Shown here in pieces: positions 26,987-39,808 of a stretch of 64,000 bases of DNA; within the stretch, counting starts at the first letter, position 1; each line of letters begins with the position of its first letter. The DNA lies in NCBI GenBank assembly GCA_035444405.1, contig DAOMOP010000003.1, positions 4,423 through 68,422 of the forward strand, in the 5' to 3' direction. Both the position numbers and the translations under genes were made by a program. The notes beneath the pieces were generated by a model. The model worked only from the letters and a program-made list of their open reading frames with translations, was not told where the DNA came from and ran no database searches. The DNA comes from Rhodocyclaceae bacterium. GTDB lineage: Bacteria > Pseudomonadota > Gammaproteobacteria > Burkholderiales > Rhodocyclaceae.

Positions 26987-27502
26987 ATGAGAATCGGCGT
27001 CGTCTCCGACACCCACATGCCCCGCTTCGCGAAGGCGTTGCCGCTCGCGCTGTGCGAGGGCCTCGCCGCGCAGCGCGTCGAGCGCATCCTGCACCTCGGT
27101 GACTTCACGACCCCGGCGGTCGCGGAGCTGTTCGCACGCATCGCACCGTTCGACGCCGTCGCCGGCAACAACGACCCGCCCGAGCTCGTGGCGCGCTTCG
27201 GCCGGCGCAAGATCGTCGTCCTCGACGGCGTGCGCATCGGCCTGGTGCACGGCGACGGCCGGCGCGGCAGCACGCTCGAGCGCGCGATCGCGGCGTTCGC
27301 GGGCGACGCCGTCGACGTGATCGTGTTCGGGCACAGCCATGTGCCGTATTGCGCGCGGCACGGCGACAGGTGGCTGCTCAACCCCGGCTCGCCGACCGAC
27401 AAGCGCCGCAACCCGCGCTACTCGTGGGCCTTGCTCGAGCTCGACGAGGGCGGGATCCGTGCGACGCTGCAGTTCTACGAGGACAAGCGCTGGGCCGAAT
27501 GA
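26987..27502 (+). CDS. Metallophosphoesterase, YfcE/MJ0936 family
   Basis: IGVVSDTHMP, HLGD, GNND, GHSH motifs. Confidence 0.8.
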   Translation: MRIGVVSDTHMPRFAKALPLALCEGLAAQRVERILHLGDFTTPAVAELFARIAPFDAVAGNNDPPELVARFGRRKIVVLDGVRIGLVHGDGRRGSTLERAIAAFAGDAVDVIVFGHSHVPYCARHGDRWLLNPGSPTDKRRNPRYSWALLELDEGGIRATLQFYEDKRWAE

Positions 27503-27708
27503 TCACGGCTGTGCACGACGAGGATGCCGAAAGTGTCTGGGCCAGGTGCTCGATAGAGCGGAATCGAGAAGCCGTGGTCGATGCCGATGATGCGTGCGAA
27601 GCCGCACAGGCGCGAACCTTGCGTGCCGCAGCAGGGACAAGCAGGCGGCTTGCAGCGCACGCGCAAAACGCGCAAACTGCATTGCAATTGCAACGCAAGA
27701 GACGTGTC

Positions 27709-27987
27709 ATGAAAACTGCGACCTTTCCTTCCTTGCGCGTCGAGCCGGAGTTGCGCCAAGCCGCCGAGCAGGTCCTGGACGACGGCGAGAGCCTTTCCAG
27801 CTTCGTCGAGCAATCGATCCGCGAGGGTATCGAGCGCAGGCTCGCCCAGCGTGAATTCGTCGCGCGCGGCCTGCGTGCTCGCGACGACGCACGCCGCACG
27901 GGCCGCTACGTCGAGTCCGATGCGGTGATCGGGCGGCTCGAAAGGATGCTCGAACGCGCAAAGGCTTCGTCGCAAGCCGGCAAGTGA
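27709..27987 (+). CDS. Type II antitoxin (RHH/ParD-like) paired with a ParE/RelE toxin
   Basis: ATG 27709. 92 aa. GTGA overlap with the toxin start. Track ORF 27349..27987 is over-extended. Confidence 0.65.
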   Translation: MKTATFPSLRVEPELRQAAEQVLDDGESLSSFVEQSIREGIERRLAQREFVARGLRARDDARRTGRYVESDAVIGRLERMLERAKASSQAGK

Positions 27988-28292
27988 GCTACCGCGTTCG
28001 CTTCACTGAAGACGCGGAGGAGGATCTGGTGCGCCTGTATCAGTTCATCCTCGCTCGCGATGAACCCGACTTCGCACTCGCAGAGCGGGCGCTCGAAGCC
28101 AGTCGGCAAGCGATGCGCAGCCTCGAGCTGTCCCCCTTCAGCTGTCGCAAGACGATCCCGTCCAATCCCTTTCTCCGGGAACTCGTGATTCCGTTCGGGG
28201 CGTCCGGCTACGTCGCGCTGTTCGAGATCGACGACGACAAGACCGTCACGATTCTCGCCGTACGTCACCAGCGCGAGGATGACTACCATTGA
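27984..28292 (+). CDS. Type II toxin, RelE/ParE family
   Basis: YRVRFTEDAEEDLVRLYQFI... ILAVRHQRED is typical of ParE/RelE. Confidence 0.8.
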   Translation: MSYRVRFTEDAEEDLVRLYQFILARDEPDFALAERALEASRQAMRSLELSPFSCRKTIPSNPFLRELVIPFGASGYVALFEIDDDKTVTILAVRHQREDDYH

Positions 28293-28404
28293 AACAGTCG
28301 ATTCTTGTCCGGCGCGTCGTCGCGGAATGGAACATTTGCGAGGTGGTTCATATCGCGCACACGTGCAGTGTCGAATCGCGAAGCGCACACATCATGCGCA
28401 CCCC

Positions 28405-29427
28405 TCACCGATGCAGCCAGCACGCCGAATAGTGCTGCCGCCGCGGCTCGAAGTCGGGCGGGTCGTCGCGGTCGCACAGGCCGGCGATCGCGTGCGGGCA
28501 GCGCGGGTGGAAGCGGCAGCCGGGCGGCGGATGCAGCAGGCTGGGCGGCTCGCCGGCGGGGACCTCGCGCAGCCGGGTCGCGTTGGCCGCGTCGGGGTCG
28601 GCGATCGCGGCGAGCAGCGCCTGCGTATAGGGGTGCTGCGGGTGGTCGAGCAGCTCGTCGACCGCGGCGCTCTCGACGACGCGGCCCGCGTACATCACGA
28701 AGATGCGCTCGGCGAAGTGGCGCACCGTCGACAAATCGTGCGTGATGAACGCGAGCGTCAGGCCGCGTTCGGTCTGGATGCGCCGCAACAGGTTCAGGAT
28801 CTCGACGCGCACCGAGGCGTCGAGCATCGACACCGGCTCGTCGGCGACGATCATCGCCGGCGCGAGGATCAGCGCGCGCGCGATCACGACGCGCTGCTGC
28901 TGGCCGCCGGAGAGCATGTGCGGGAACTTGCCGAGGAACTCGTCCGGCGGCGTGAGCCGCACCTCGTCGAGCACCGCGCGGATGCGCCGGTCGCGCTCGG
29001 CGCGGTCCCTGACGCCATGCACGATCAGCGGCTCGGCGAGGATGCGGCGCACGTCGAGAAACGGCGGCAGCGCGCCGTACGGATCCTGCTGCACGTAGCC
29101 GACGCTGGCGCGGTAGGCCTTGAGCTCGCGCGCGTCGAGCGCGCCGAGCGAGCGCCCGGCAAAGCGCACCTCGCCGCGCGTGGGCCGGTGGAGGCCGAGC
29201 AGCGTGCGCGCCAGCGAGCTCTTGCCGCAGCCGCTCTCGCCGACGAAAGCGACCGCCTCGCCGCGCGCGAGTTCGAAATTCACGCCGTCGACCGCATGCA
29301 CCGCGCCGACGCGCAGAAAACCCCACTGACGCAGCTCGAACCAGGTGTGCAGGTCCTTGGCCGCGAGCAGCGGGGCCTGCGTTTGTGCGTCGCGTCCTTG
29401 CATGGTGCGGCCCCGGGTGGCTTTCAT
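28405..29427 (-). CDS. ABC transporter ATP-binding protein (OppF/DppF-like), separated from its cognate operon
   Basis: GESGCGKSS, LSGGQQQR, VADEPVSMLD. Start at 29427 or 29403. Confidence 0.8.
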   Translation of the reverse strand: MKATRGRTMQGRDAQTQAPLLAAKDLHTWFELRQWGFLRVGAVHAVDGVNFELARGEAVAFVGESGCGKSSLARTLLGLHRPTRGEVRFAGRSLGALDARELKAYRASVGYVQQDPYGALPPFLDVRRILAEPLIVHGVRDRAERDRRIRAVLDEVRLTPPDEFLGKFPHMLSGGQQQRVVIARALILAPAMIVADEPVSMLDASVRVEILNLLRRIQTERGLTLAFITHDLSTVRHFAERIFVMYAGRVVESAAVDELLDHPQHPYTQALLAAIADPDAANATRLREVPAGEPPSLLHPPPGCRFHPRCPHAIAGLCDRDDPPDFEPRRQHYSACWLHR

Positions 29428-29673
29428 CGGCGTCCTGCTGCGGCGTAGAGCGTGGAGTGCATTCTGCGCCGAACCGCGAATCTGCTCGATCGCGTGGCGG
29501 TGCCCCGCAAGAGTGGCACAACCGCCGTGCGACCGCGCAAGCGAGACACCCCGCGCGCCCTGCGCAAGACCGGCGCCTGCACACCGCGGCGATGCGGCTG
29601 GCCTGCGGGCCGGCGCGCGCACGGGCCCGCTCGAGCTCCCGGGCCACCATGACGACGGCGCACGCGAAATTTC

Positions 29674-31722
<2,049 letters not shown>

Positions 31723-32000
31723 GACCGTTTCCTCCTGGCTTGTTTCTGGTCCGCCGATCTCCAGTATCGAAGCAGGATCCGGCGGTCGCCACCAGAGTCC
31801 GGGCGCGGCGTCCGGACTGCACCGTTCGTCGCGCCCCTATGCTTTTTTAGCTCAGAGCCGGACAATTGCCAGCACCCGGCGCTGCAAGCCCAGCCTATCG
31901 GCGCGCCCAAAGGGGGCTGCACGAGCACGCCGCGCCTTGCGTTCGCGGCCGGCCGGAACTAGCTTGCACAAAGGGGGCAACGAACGAGGAGGGTAAGGCC

Positions 32001-32423
32001 ATGGATGTGCTCGTGGAAGCTGTCGACGTCTGGGTCGCAACAATCCCGGACCAGCCTGGAGGCCTCGCCGAGGCGCTGGCGGTCGTGCGCGACGCGGGTG
32101 CCGACCTGCAGTTCGTCATCGCGCGGCGCACCCCCGAGGAACCCGGCAAGGGCGTCGTATTCATCACGCCGCTGCAGGGCGACCGGGAAGTCCGCGCCGC
32201 CACGCAGGTCGGTTTCGGCGTTGCCCAGAGCCTGCATTCCGTGCGCGTGATGGGCCAGGACCGCCCCGGCGTCGCCGCCCAAATGACGCGTGCGCTCGCG
32301 GACGCCGGCATCAATCTGCGCGGCTTCTCGGGCTGCTCGATCGGCTCACAGTTCGTCGCCTACATTGCGGTCGATACCCTCGAGGATGCCGAGAAGATCA
32401 CCGACGCGTTGCAAAGGGCGTGA
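32001..32423 (+). CDS. ACT-domain (amino-acid-binding) protein
   Basis: ATG 32001 after GAGGAGGG. Two short ACT-like units (VWVATIPDQPGGLAEAL..., VRVMGQDRPGVAAQMTRALADAGINL). Confidence 0.6.
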   Translation: MDVLVEAVDVWVATIPDQPGGLAEALAVVRDAGADLQFVIARRTPEEPGKGVVFITPLQGDREVRAATQVGFGVAQSLHSVRVMGQDRPGVAAQMTRALADAGINLRGFSGCSIGSQFVAYIAVDTLEDAEKITDALQRA

Positions 32424-32486
32424 GCGGCGCGCGGGCGGGCATATCGGCTATCACAGAACGCACTCGTTCCGTGCCTCTCGACGCGT

Positions 32487-33458
32487 TCATCCACCCCTTC
32501 CCGCATGCAGCCAGCAACGCACCTGATGCCACTCGCCGAGCGCGATCGCGACTGGATCCGCGGCGCAGCGCTCGAAGCGCGATGGGCAGCGCTCGGCGAA
32601 GCGGCAGCCCGGCGGCGGCTCGAACAGGCTCGGCGGCTGGCCGGGAATCGCCTGCGGGCGCTGCTGCTGGCGCAGGCGCGGCACGCTCGCCATCAGCATC
32701 TGCGAGTAGGGGTGGGCGGGCTGCGCAAAAAAGCGCGCTGCGTCGGCGAGCTCGACCAGCTGCCCGGCGTACATCAGCGCGACGCGGTCGGCGAGCTCGC
32801 TCGAAGTCGCGACGTCGTGCGTGATCAGGATGAAGCTCGTGCCCTGCTCGCGCTTGACGCGTTTGAGCACGTTCATGATTCCCGCCTGGGTCAGCACGTC
32901 GAGCGCCGAGGTCGGCTCGTCGAGGATCACCAGCTCGGGCTCGGCGACCAGCGCCATCGCCAGCACCGCGCGCTGGCGCATGCCGCCGGACAGCTCGAAC
33001 GGGTAACGCGCGAGGAAGTCCGGCGACACGCCGACCATCGTGAACACCTCCGCGGCGCGCTCGAGCGCACGCGCGCGGGGCCAGCGCCGCAGCACGCGCA
33101 GCGGCTCGGCGACCTGCTCGCCGACGCGCACGACCGGGTTCAGTGCGTTCATCGACGCCTGCATCACCAGCGCGATGCGCGACCACTGCACCTCGCGCCG
33201 GAAGCGCTCGTCCGGCAGTGGCGACACCTCGACGTCGCCGAGCCGCACGCGCCCGGCGGCGTGATGGACGTTGCGCGGCAGCACCCGCATCAAGAGCTTC
33301 GCGAGCGAGCTTTTGCCGCAGCCGGACTCGCCGAGCACGACCAGCGCCTCGTTGCGGTGCAGGTCGAAGTCGACGCCGTCGACGGCGCGCACGATGCCGC
33401 GCCGCGTCTGGTAGTGCAGCGTGAGCCCTTCGACGCGCAGCAGCGTGTCGCCGCTCAT
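32487..33458 (-). CDS. ABC transporter ATP-binding protein (OppD/DppD-like)
   Basis: The ATG at 33458 shares one nucleotide with the stop of the upstream permease gene. [27 protein letters not shown]. Confidence 0.85.
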   Translation of the reverse strand: MSGDTLLRVEGLTLHYQTRRGIVRAVDGVDFDLHRNEALVVLGESGCGKSSLAKLLMRVLPRNVHHAAGRVRLGDVEVSPLPDERFRREVQWSRIALVMQASMNALNPVVRVGEQVAEPLRVLRRWPRARALERAAEVFTMVGVSPDFLARYPFELSGGMRQRAVLAMALVAEPELVILDEPTSALDVLTQAGIMNVLKRVKREQGTSFILITHDVATSSELADRVALMYAGQLVELADAARFFAQPAHPYSQMLMASVPRLRQQQRPQAIPGQPPSLFEPPPGCRFAERCPSRFERCAADPVAIALGEWHQVRCWLHAGRGG

Positions 33459-34798
33459 CACAGAGTCCTCAGCCGCGGATTGAACACGCGGTCGAGCGCG
33501 AAGCCGAGCATCGCGAAACCCAGCCCGGTCAGCATCAGCAGCACCGCCGGCGCGACGACCCAGTAGTAGTAGCCGTTGTAGAGCGCGCTCTGCGACTGCG
33601 CATCGTTCAGCACCTTGCCCCAGGTCGGCAGCACCGGGTCGCCGAGCCCGAGCACCGCGAGCGAGGCCTCGAGGAACACGAAGGTCGGGATCAGCGTGAC
33701 GAAGGTCGGGATCAGCACCGGCAGGATGCGCGGGATCATGTAGCGCATCACGATGCGCAGATTGCTCGCGCCGTAGGCCTGCGCCGCCTCGATGTAGGGC
33801 GCCTCGCGGATCGGCAGCAGCATCGCGCGGTACATCTTGATGCCGGCGCTGAAGATGCCGAGCACGATCACCACGCCGAGCATCAGCCAGATGCTGGTCG
33901 AGTAGAGCGTGCCGACCATCACGAGGATCGGCAAGAGCGGCAGGATCATGTTCACCTCGGTCAGCCGCTGGATCGTCGCGTCCACCCAGCCGCGGTACCA
34001 CACGCCGACCGCGGCGATGACGAGCGTCGTGATCGTCGTGCCGACCGCCGCGAGCAGCCCGAACGCGAGCGCGACCGGCGTGCCCCACATCAGCGCGAGG
34101 GAAAGGTCGCGGCGCTGATGATCGGTGCCGGCAAGGCCGTGCACGCGCCCGTACACCACCAGCTCGGCGTCGATGCTGGCCCGCTCGTCGAACACCACTG
34201 CGTCGAGCGTCAGCGTGTAGCGGCCCGGCACGACCCGCGGCACGGTGTCGGAGTCGGGCGCGGCGAGCAGACCGATGTGCGGCACCAGCCCGCCCAGGCG
34301 GCGCTCGAGCGCGCGGTCCTGCGACAGCGACACGCGGTCCTCGCGGCCGATGCGATGCCCGCCGAGCGACAGCTCGCGGCCATCCGGCGTCTCCCACAGG
34401 AGCCGCGCGAACGGCCTTTGCACGTGGCCGTCGGCGCGCAGGAACAGGTTGATCTCGCTCGGAAAGCCGGTGTAGTCGTAGTCGAACGTGAGCGGGATGC
34501 GCAGTCGGCGACCGCCTTCGAAGGGCTCCTCGATGACGTCGGCCGCCGCGGCGGTGACGATCAGCGTGCGCGGCGCGCGCCCGCCGACGAGCCGGTCGGC
34601 CCACACCGGGCCGGCATTGACCGGGTGCAGCCGCCATACCTCGCCACCGCGCCACTTGTCGAGCGCGTCGCCATACGGGATCGCCGTGATCGTGTAGAGC
34701 GACAGCGCCACCAGCAGCGCGATGAGCATGAGCCCCACCAGCGCCGACGGGTAGCGGCGCAGTTCGTGCCAGCCTTCGCGCCACGGCCCGGCGCTCAT
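33458..34798 (-). CDS. ABC transporter permease (DppC/OppC-like) with a ~230-aa extracytoplasmic insertion after TM1
   Basis: ATG 34798 (MSAGPWREGW...). One TM segment, a long soluble segment, then a typical OppC-type core. Confidence 0.75.
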   Translation of the reverse strand: MSAGPWREGWHELRRYPSALVGLMLIALLVALSLYTITAIPYGDALDKWRGGEVWRLHPVNAGPVWADRLVGGRAPRTLIVTAAAADVIEEPFEGGRRLRIPLTFDYDYTGFPSEINLFLRADGHVQRPFARLLWETPDGRELSLGGHRIGREDRVSLSQDRALERRLGGLVPHIGLLAAPDSDTVPRVVPGRYTLTLDAVVFDERASIDAELVVYGRVHGLAGTDHQRRDLSLALMWGTPVALAFGLLAAVGTTITTLVIAAVGVWYRGWVDATIQRLTEVNMILPLLPILVMVGTLYSTSIWLMLGVVIVLGIFSAGIKMYRAMLLPIREAPYIEAAQAYGASNLRIVMRYMIPRILPVLIPTFVTLIPTFVFLEASLAVLGLGDPVLPTWGKVLNDAQSQSALYNGYYYWVVAPAVLLMLTGLGFAMLGFALDRVFNPRLRTL

Positions 34799-34889
34799 CG
34801 CAGCCGCCTCCCGGTACCGGGCGCATCCGCGTCGCGCTCGCCGGTGCGTTGTCCGCACGCTCGGCCGTGGACAGCTCGGAAGCATTCGC

Positions 34890-35945
34890 TCATCGCCGCC
34901 CCCCTTCGATGCGCACGCGCGGATCGAGCAGCGCATAAAGGATGTCGAGCAGGAACACCGTCACCGCAAGCAGGTACGCGAAGATCACCACCGCGCCGAT
35001 GATCACCGGCGTGTCGCGATGGCCGATCGCCTGGAACAGCAGCGAGCCGAGCCCCGGCCAGTTGAACACCTGCTCGAGGATGATCGCGCCGCTCCACAGC
35101 CCGATCAGCATCAGCAGGAAGCTCGTCACGATCGGCGACAGCGTCGGGCGCAGGATGTAGCGGCGCTCGATCAGCTTCGACGGCAGCCCCTTCGCGCGCG
35201 CCATCTCGACGTAGTCCTCGCTCGAATGGATGAGGAAGAAGGTGCGCCACGAGTAGATCGAGATGAAGATCGCCGACAGGAACATCGCCGCGAGCGGCAG
35301 CAGCATGTGGCGCAGCAGGCTCGCGGCGTACTCCCAGCGGCTCTCGGGCGGCGGCGCGGCGACCATGCCGCCGGCCGGCAGCCACGGCATCACGAACGCG
35401 AACAGCAGGATCAGGAAGATGCCGTAGAACCACGCCGGCGCCGCCGAGGTCGGCGCGAGCGCGATCACGCTGCGGTCGAGCAGCGTGCCGTAGCGTCGCG
35501 ACAGATACAGCGCGACGAACACCGACGAGAAGAACACCAGCAGGTTCGCCGTGCCGAACAGCAACAGCGTGGCCGGCAGCCGCTCGACGATGATCGCATA
35601 GACCTCGCGCGAGCCCAGATCGCTGTGCATCTGCTCGGCGCGCCCGAGGTCCAGGCGCATCGCGCGCTGCAGATAGTCGACGCTGCGCACGACGAAGGGC
35701 TGGTCGAGGCGCAGGCGCTCGACCTCGAGCGCCACCTGGCGCTCGATCAGCGCGTTGCGCTCGACCGCGGTCAGGTCCTGGAAGGCCGGATCGGCGCGCA
35801 CCGCCTCGGCGGCCTGGCTGCGGATCTGCACCAGGCGCAGCTCGTCGACCTGGCCGCCCATGTTCGCGATGAGGATGGTCAGATAGACGCCGACCAGCAC
35901 CGTCAGCAGCAGCGCGACCAGACGCTTGCCGGCATAGAGCAGCAT
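34890..35945 (-). CDS. ABC transporter permease (DppB/OppB-like)
   Basis: ATG 35945 (MLLYAGKRLVALLLTVLVGVYL...). This is the last 351 aa of track ORF 34890..38546. Confidence 0.8.
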   Translation of the reverse strand: MLLYAGKRLVALLLTVLVGVYLTILIANMGGQVDELRLVQIRSQAAEAVRADPAFQDLTAVERNALIERQVALEVERLRLDQPFVVRSVDYLQRAMRLDLGRAEQMHSDLGSREVYAIIVERLPATLLLFGTANLLVFFSSVFVALYLSRRYGTLLDRSVIALAPTSAAPAWFYGIFLILLFAFVMPWLPAGGMVAAPPPESRWEYAASLLRHMLLPLAAMFLSAIFISIYSWRTFFLIHSSEDYVEMARAKGLPSKLIERRYILRPTLSPIVTSFLLMLIGLWSGAIILEQVFNWPGLGSLLFQAIGHRDTPVIIGAVVIFAYLLAVTVFLLDILYALLDPRVRIEGGRR

Positions 35946-36004
35946 GTGGCGCAGGTCGCGCAGCACGCCGCGGCGAATCGGGGAGGGCCTCGTCGGCGCC
36001 CCAC

Positions 36005-38522
36005 TCACCGCCCCGCCCCTCGGCCGTCGCCCGGCACGGTCGCGAACACGTGCGACACGAACGCCGGCAGCGCGACGCGGCGGCTGGTCACCGCGATTTC
36101 GAGGCTGTTTGCGCCGGCCGCGAGCGCCGCGACCGCGTGCGGCGCCAGGCTCACCCGCCACAAGCCGTCGTCGAGCGCTTCGGCCTCGCCGCGTTCGGCG
36201 AGCTCGCCACGACCGTCGAAAAGCAGGTATTGCACGTCCTCGATCGCCTCGCGTGCATACGGCCTGCCTTCGAAGGTCACATTCACGCGAAACTCGGCGG
36301 CCTCGCCGGCCTGCACCACCATCGGCCCGTCGAGGTCGAGCTCGGGCACCTCGGGCCGCGAAAAGCGCAACCACTTGTCGGCCGGGTCGGGAAAGTCCGC
36401 GAAGCGGCGCAGCACCACGCTGCCTTCGATCGGATGCACCGAGTGCAGCTGGAACGGGCCGTTGCCGACCCAGAAGTGGCCGCGCTGCCGATGCCACTCG
36501 GCGAGCGCGCGGTAACGCTCGCCGACCTCGTTTTTGCCGAGGAAGTCGGCGAGCACGGTCGGATAGGGGACGAGCTCGCGCTCGCTCGCCGAGCGCAGGT
36601 GGCGCGCGAGAATCGGCAGGCTCGGTCCCGCGACCAGGCTCATCCAGGCCACCTGCAGCCGGTCGGCCTTGTTCGCCGAGAATGCGAGTTCGCCGCTGCG
36701 CTCGGCCAGGATGCCGAGAAACAGCGTATGCCACGGCCCCGGCGCCGGCGCGCGCGCGGCGACGATGCTCTCCGCATCGGGAAAGATCTGGTCGCTGTAG
36801 ACCTCGATCACCAGCGGCGCGCGCGACACGATGCGCCAGCCGCGGAAGTGCCGCACGAAGGCCTCGAAGGTCGGCAAGTGGGCAACGTCGAACAGCGGGC
36901 TCGCCTCGTCGGCGCGCTCGAAGGCGAGAATCCACGGCAGCACGAGGTCGGCGAGCGACAGCCGCGAGCCGTCGTGCCAGCGGCGCTCGAAGAACTCGTC
37001 CTCGTAATGCACGCGCACACGCGTGCGTGCCGTGACGCCGTCGGGATACTGCTCGCCGACGGTGACGAAGCGGCCGGCCGCGGCATCCCAGCCGACCCAT
37101 GCGTCCTCGGGCACGACGATCTCGGCGGCGGTGTCCAGGCTCAGCCAGTCGAGCGTGCGGCCGACCGGCACGTCCTGCTGCACGGTGACCTCGGCCGTCG
37201 TGAGGCGCTGCGGCCAGAACAGGCCGGTGAACGGATCGGGTATCACCACCGGGTCGTCGGTCGCGCGGATCAGCATCTGGTCGAAGATCCAGTTGCTGCC
37301 CGCGACCGGGTTCCACGGTTCGGTCAGCAGTCCCGGCGTGCCGAACACCATCTGCCCGCCGACGCGGTCGGTGTAGCGCACCGTGTAGGGCCACAGCGCC
37401 GAGCCGGACAGCCCGCCCGCGAGGTCGATCGCGACCTCGACGTTCGCGGCGCGCGGCGACACGTTGAGCTGATCGATGAGCCACACCCGTACCGAATCCT
37501 GCATCGACAGCTCGAGCGCGCGCGCCATCATCGCCTGCCGCTCCTCCCAGCTGCGGTAGTCGCGCCGCTGCAGCCGCTCGGCCAGCGCGTCGAACTCCGG
37601 CACCGGCCGGTAGGCCTGCCACAGCGGCGCGGCCGCGCGGGGTGTAGAAGTCGCTGAAGTTCTGCGCCTGGTCGCGCTGGATCACGGTCGAGATCCAGCC
37701 GCCGGTGTAAAGGTGCCAGTGACCGGCGCGCGGGTCGGTCGCAATCCACAGCCGCGACGCCTCCTCGGCGGTGCGGTAACGGCGCTCGACCGCAAAGCCG
37801 AGATCCTCCAGCAGATTCGCGACGTAGTCGCCGACGCGCCGGCGCTCGTCCTCGGTGCGGATCAGCACGATCAGCCGCACCGGCGCGTTGTGGTAGGTCC
37901 AGCGCCCGGCCGTAAAGCGCGCGCCGAGCGCCTCCATCTCGCGATCGATCGCCGCACGTGCGGCCTGCGGATCGTGCGCATAGCGCAGCTCGAGCTCGCG
38001 CGCGACGCCGGCGAGCCGTGCGTAATCGGGAAACGCCGTCGTCAGCGGCAGAAAGCGCGGCACCGCGAGGCCGCCGAAGATCTCCTCGGCGATGTAGCGG
38101 CGGTTCACCAGGCGATTGAGCGCCTCGCGGATCGCCGGCACGTGGAACGGGTTCAGCTCGCCATTGGCGAACTCGGGGCCGGCCGGATTGAGCGTCAGCT
38201 CGCTCGACGTGCCGAACGCGAAGTCGTAGGTCGTGGCGAGCGAGTCGCGCACCCGGTGGAACACCGTCGTGCTCGAGATGCCCTGCGTGAACACCTGATG
38301 CGTGCCCGCCTCGATCAGCCCGGCGACGCGTCCGATGTCGGTCTCGCGCGTGAAGACGATCTGATCGACCAGCGCTCCGCGCCGGCCCTGCAGGTCCGCG
38401 GCGCCGACTTCCGCGCCGGCCACCGGCGCCTGGCGCGCGAGCTCGGTCGGCGTCGGGCGCAGCGCGACCACGAGTAGTGCGACGACGAGCAGCGCGGCGG
38501 CCGCCAGTATGAAACGTCTCAT
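36005..38522 (-). pseudogene. Very large (~840 aa if repaired) family-5-like ABC substrate-binding protein interrupted by a 1-nt frameshift near 37630
   Basis: ATG 38522 after GGGAG, with a signal peptide. The N-terminal part is in the frame of ORF 34890..38546 up to ...NFSDFYTPR. The rest is in ORF 36005..37603. Deleting one G in GCGCGGCCGCG restores ...YTPRAAPLWQAYRPVPEFDAL... Confidence 0.6.
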
Positions 38523-38663
38523 CGCGTTACTCCCGTGGCGGGTCACGACACGATGGCGTGGCCCTTCTTACACAATAGTCGCTGTCCGGGACCGACGGCG
38601 AGTGGGGCGAGAGCGCTGCGCATCGATATCTCGCATGCGGCGGAAGCAGGTCTTCGTTCAAGA

Positions 38664-39653
38664 CTACAAGACGCGCGCACTGTTCGCGATCGACCGGTTC
38701 GTCGCGCACGCACGCGCGATCACGTCGGCCAGCGCCGCGCGCTCGCATTCGGGCCGGAACCGCGGCGCCTGCGCGCGGCAGGCCTCACCTAACGCGCCGA
38801 GGAAAGCCGCGTCGCGCTCGGCGCGCAGCAGCATCTCGCGCAGGGCCACGGTGTCGGCGACCGGGTAGTAGCCCGGATAATCGTCGCCGAGCATGCCGCG
38901 ATTGCCCGGGATGTCGGACGCGACGATCGGCAGTCCGGCCATGCAGGCCTCGGCGACCACGTTCGCGCCGCCTTCCATGCGCGAGCTCATCACCATCAGC
39001 CGCGCGCGCGCCATCAGGCGCCGCACCTCGCTGTGCGCGATCTCGCCGCGCCAGTGGTAGCGCGGGTTCGCCGCCATCTCGGCGTGCGCGGCAGCTTCCC
39101 AATCCCCGTTGTGGGCGCGGCCGGCCTGCAGCACGCGCAGGCGCGAGGCGGCCGGCACGTCGCGCACCGCCAGCGCGGCACGCAGCGAATCCTTCTCGTC
39201 GCGCAGGTGGCCGACCACGCACACGTCGAAATGGCGTTGCGCCGGTGCGCGCCGCGCGAGCGGCACGGCCGACTGCAGCACCGTGCACAGCTTCGGACGA
39301 AACTCAGCCGGAATGTCGCCGGCAACGCGATCGTGCAGCCCGACCAGCACGTCGGCGCGCGCCATGCTGTCGCGGGTCGTGTCCGGGTGCGTGTGCTGGA
39401 AGCGGTAGATGTCGGTGCCGGTGAGCACGACGACCAGCGGCGCCTCGGCTCGCGCCGCGGCGAATCGGCGAATCGCCGCGGCGCTGCGCCACGCGTGCAA
39501 CGCGATCATCAGGTCTGCGCGGTGGCCGTCGTAGTCGACGTCCACGGCGACGCGATGCCCGAGCCCGCGCAGAAAACGCGCCCAGCGCGTCGCCGTCGCC
39601 CGGTTGCCGGCGCGCGAGCCGGCGCCGGCGGGCGTGATCAGCGCAATGTCCAT
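38664..39653 (-). CDS. senB: GT-B glycosyltransferase, SenB-like (selenosugar-synthase-type) by context
   Basis: ATG 39653 (MDIALITPAG...GNRATATRWARFLRGLGHRV). GT1/GT4-like C-terminal half (EGGANVVAEACMAGLPIVASDIPGN). Divergent from an EgtB-like gene. The symbol is inferred from architecture, not from a search. Confidence 0.5.
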   Translation of the reverse strand: MDIALITPAGAGSRAGNRATATRWARFLRGLGHRVAVDVDYDGHRADLMIALHAWRSAAAIRRFAAARAEAPLVVVLTGTDIYRFQHTHPDTTRDSMARADVLVGLHDRVAGDIPAEFRPKLCTVLQSAVPLARRAPAQRHFDVCVVGHLRDEKDSLRAALAVRDVPAASRLRVLQAGRAHNGDWEAAAHAEMAANPRYHWRGEIAHSEVRRLMARARLMVMSSRMEGGANVVAEACMAGLPIVASDIPGNRGMLGDDYPGYYPVADTVALREMLLRAERDAAFLGALGEACRAQAPRFRPECERAALADVIARACATNRSIANSARVL

Positions 39654-39808
39654 GCTTGTCCGATCCCGAGGATAGTGCAATCCTTGCAGGCAGCATTCTT
39701 CGGCGGCCGGCACCGGTCTGCGTCTGGACCGGCGCGGTCACGCGGGGCCGTACCCCCTTCAAGCCGGGCGCCGGCTGCCAGCGCCGAACGTCAGTGGAGA
39801 CGCGTACC

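Noticed and set aside
34890-38546. 1218-aa ORF as a single binding-protein-permease fusion
   Set aside because: It is a composite. The N-terminal ~300 aa are a real binding protein, the middle ~560 aa are out-of-frame junk after the frameshift, and the last 351 aa are a separate permease with its own ATG at 35945.
39656-39808. N-terminal 51-codon extension of the EgtB-like ORF in the track, and overlapping ORFs 39033..40799, 39791..41011 and 39967..41415
   Set aside because: The extension would overlap the divergent glycosyltransferase start and lacks an SD. The ATG at 39809 has GGAGA upstream. The others are shadow frames.
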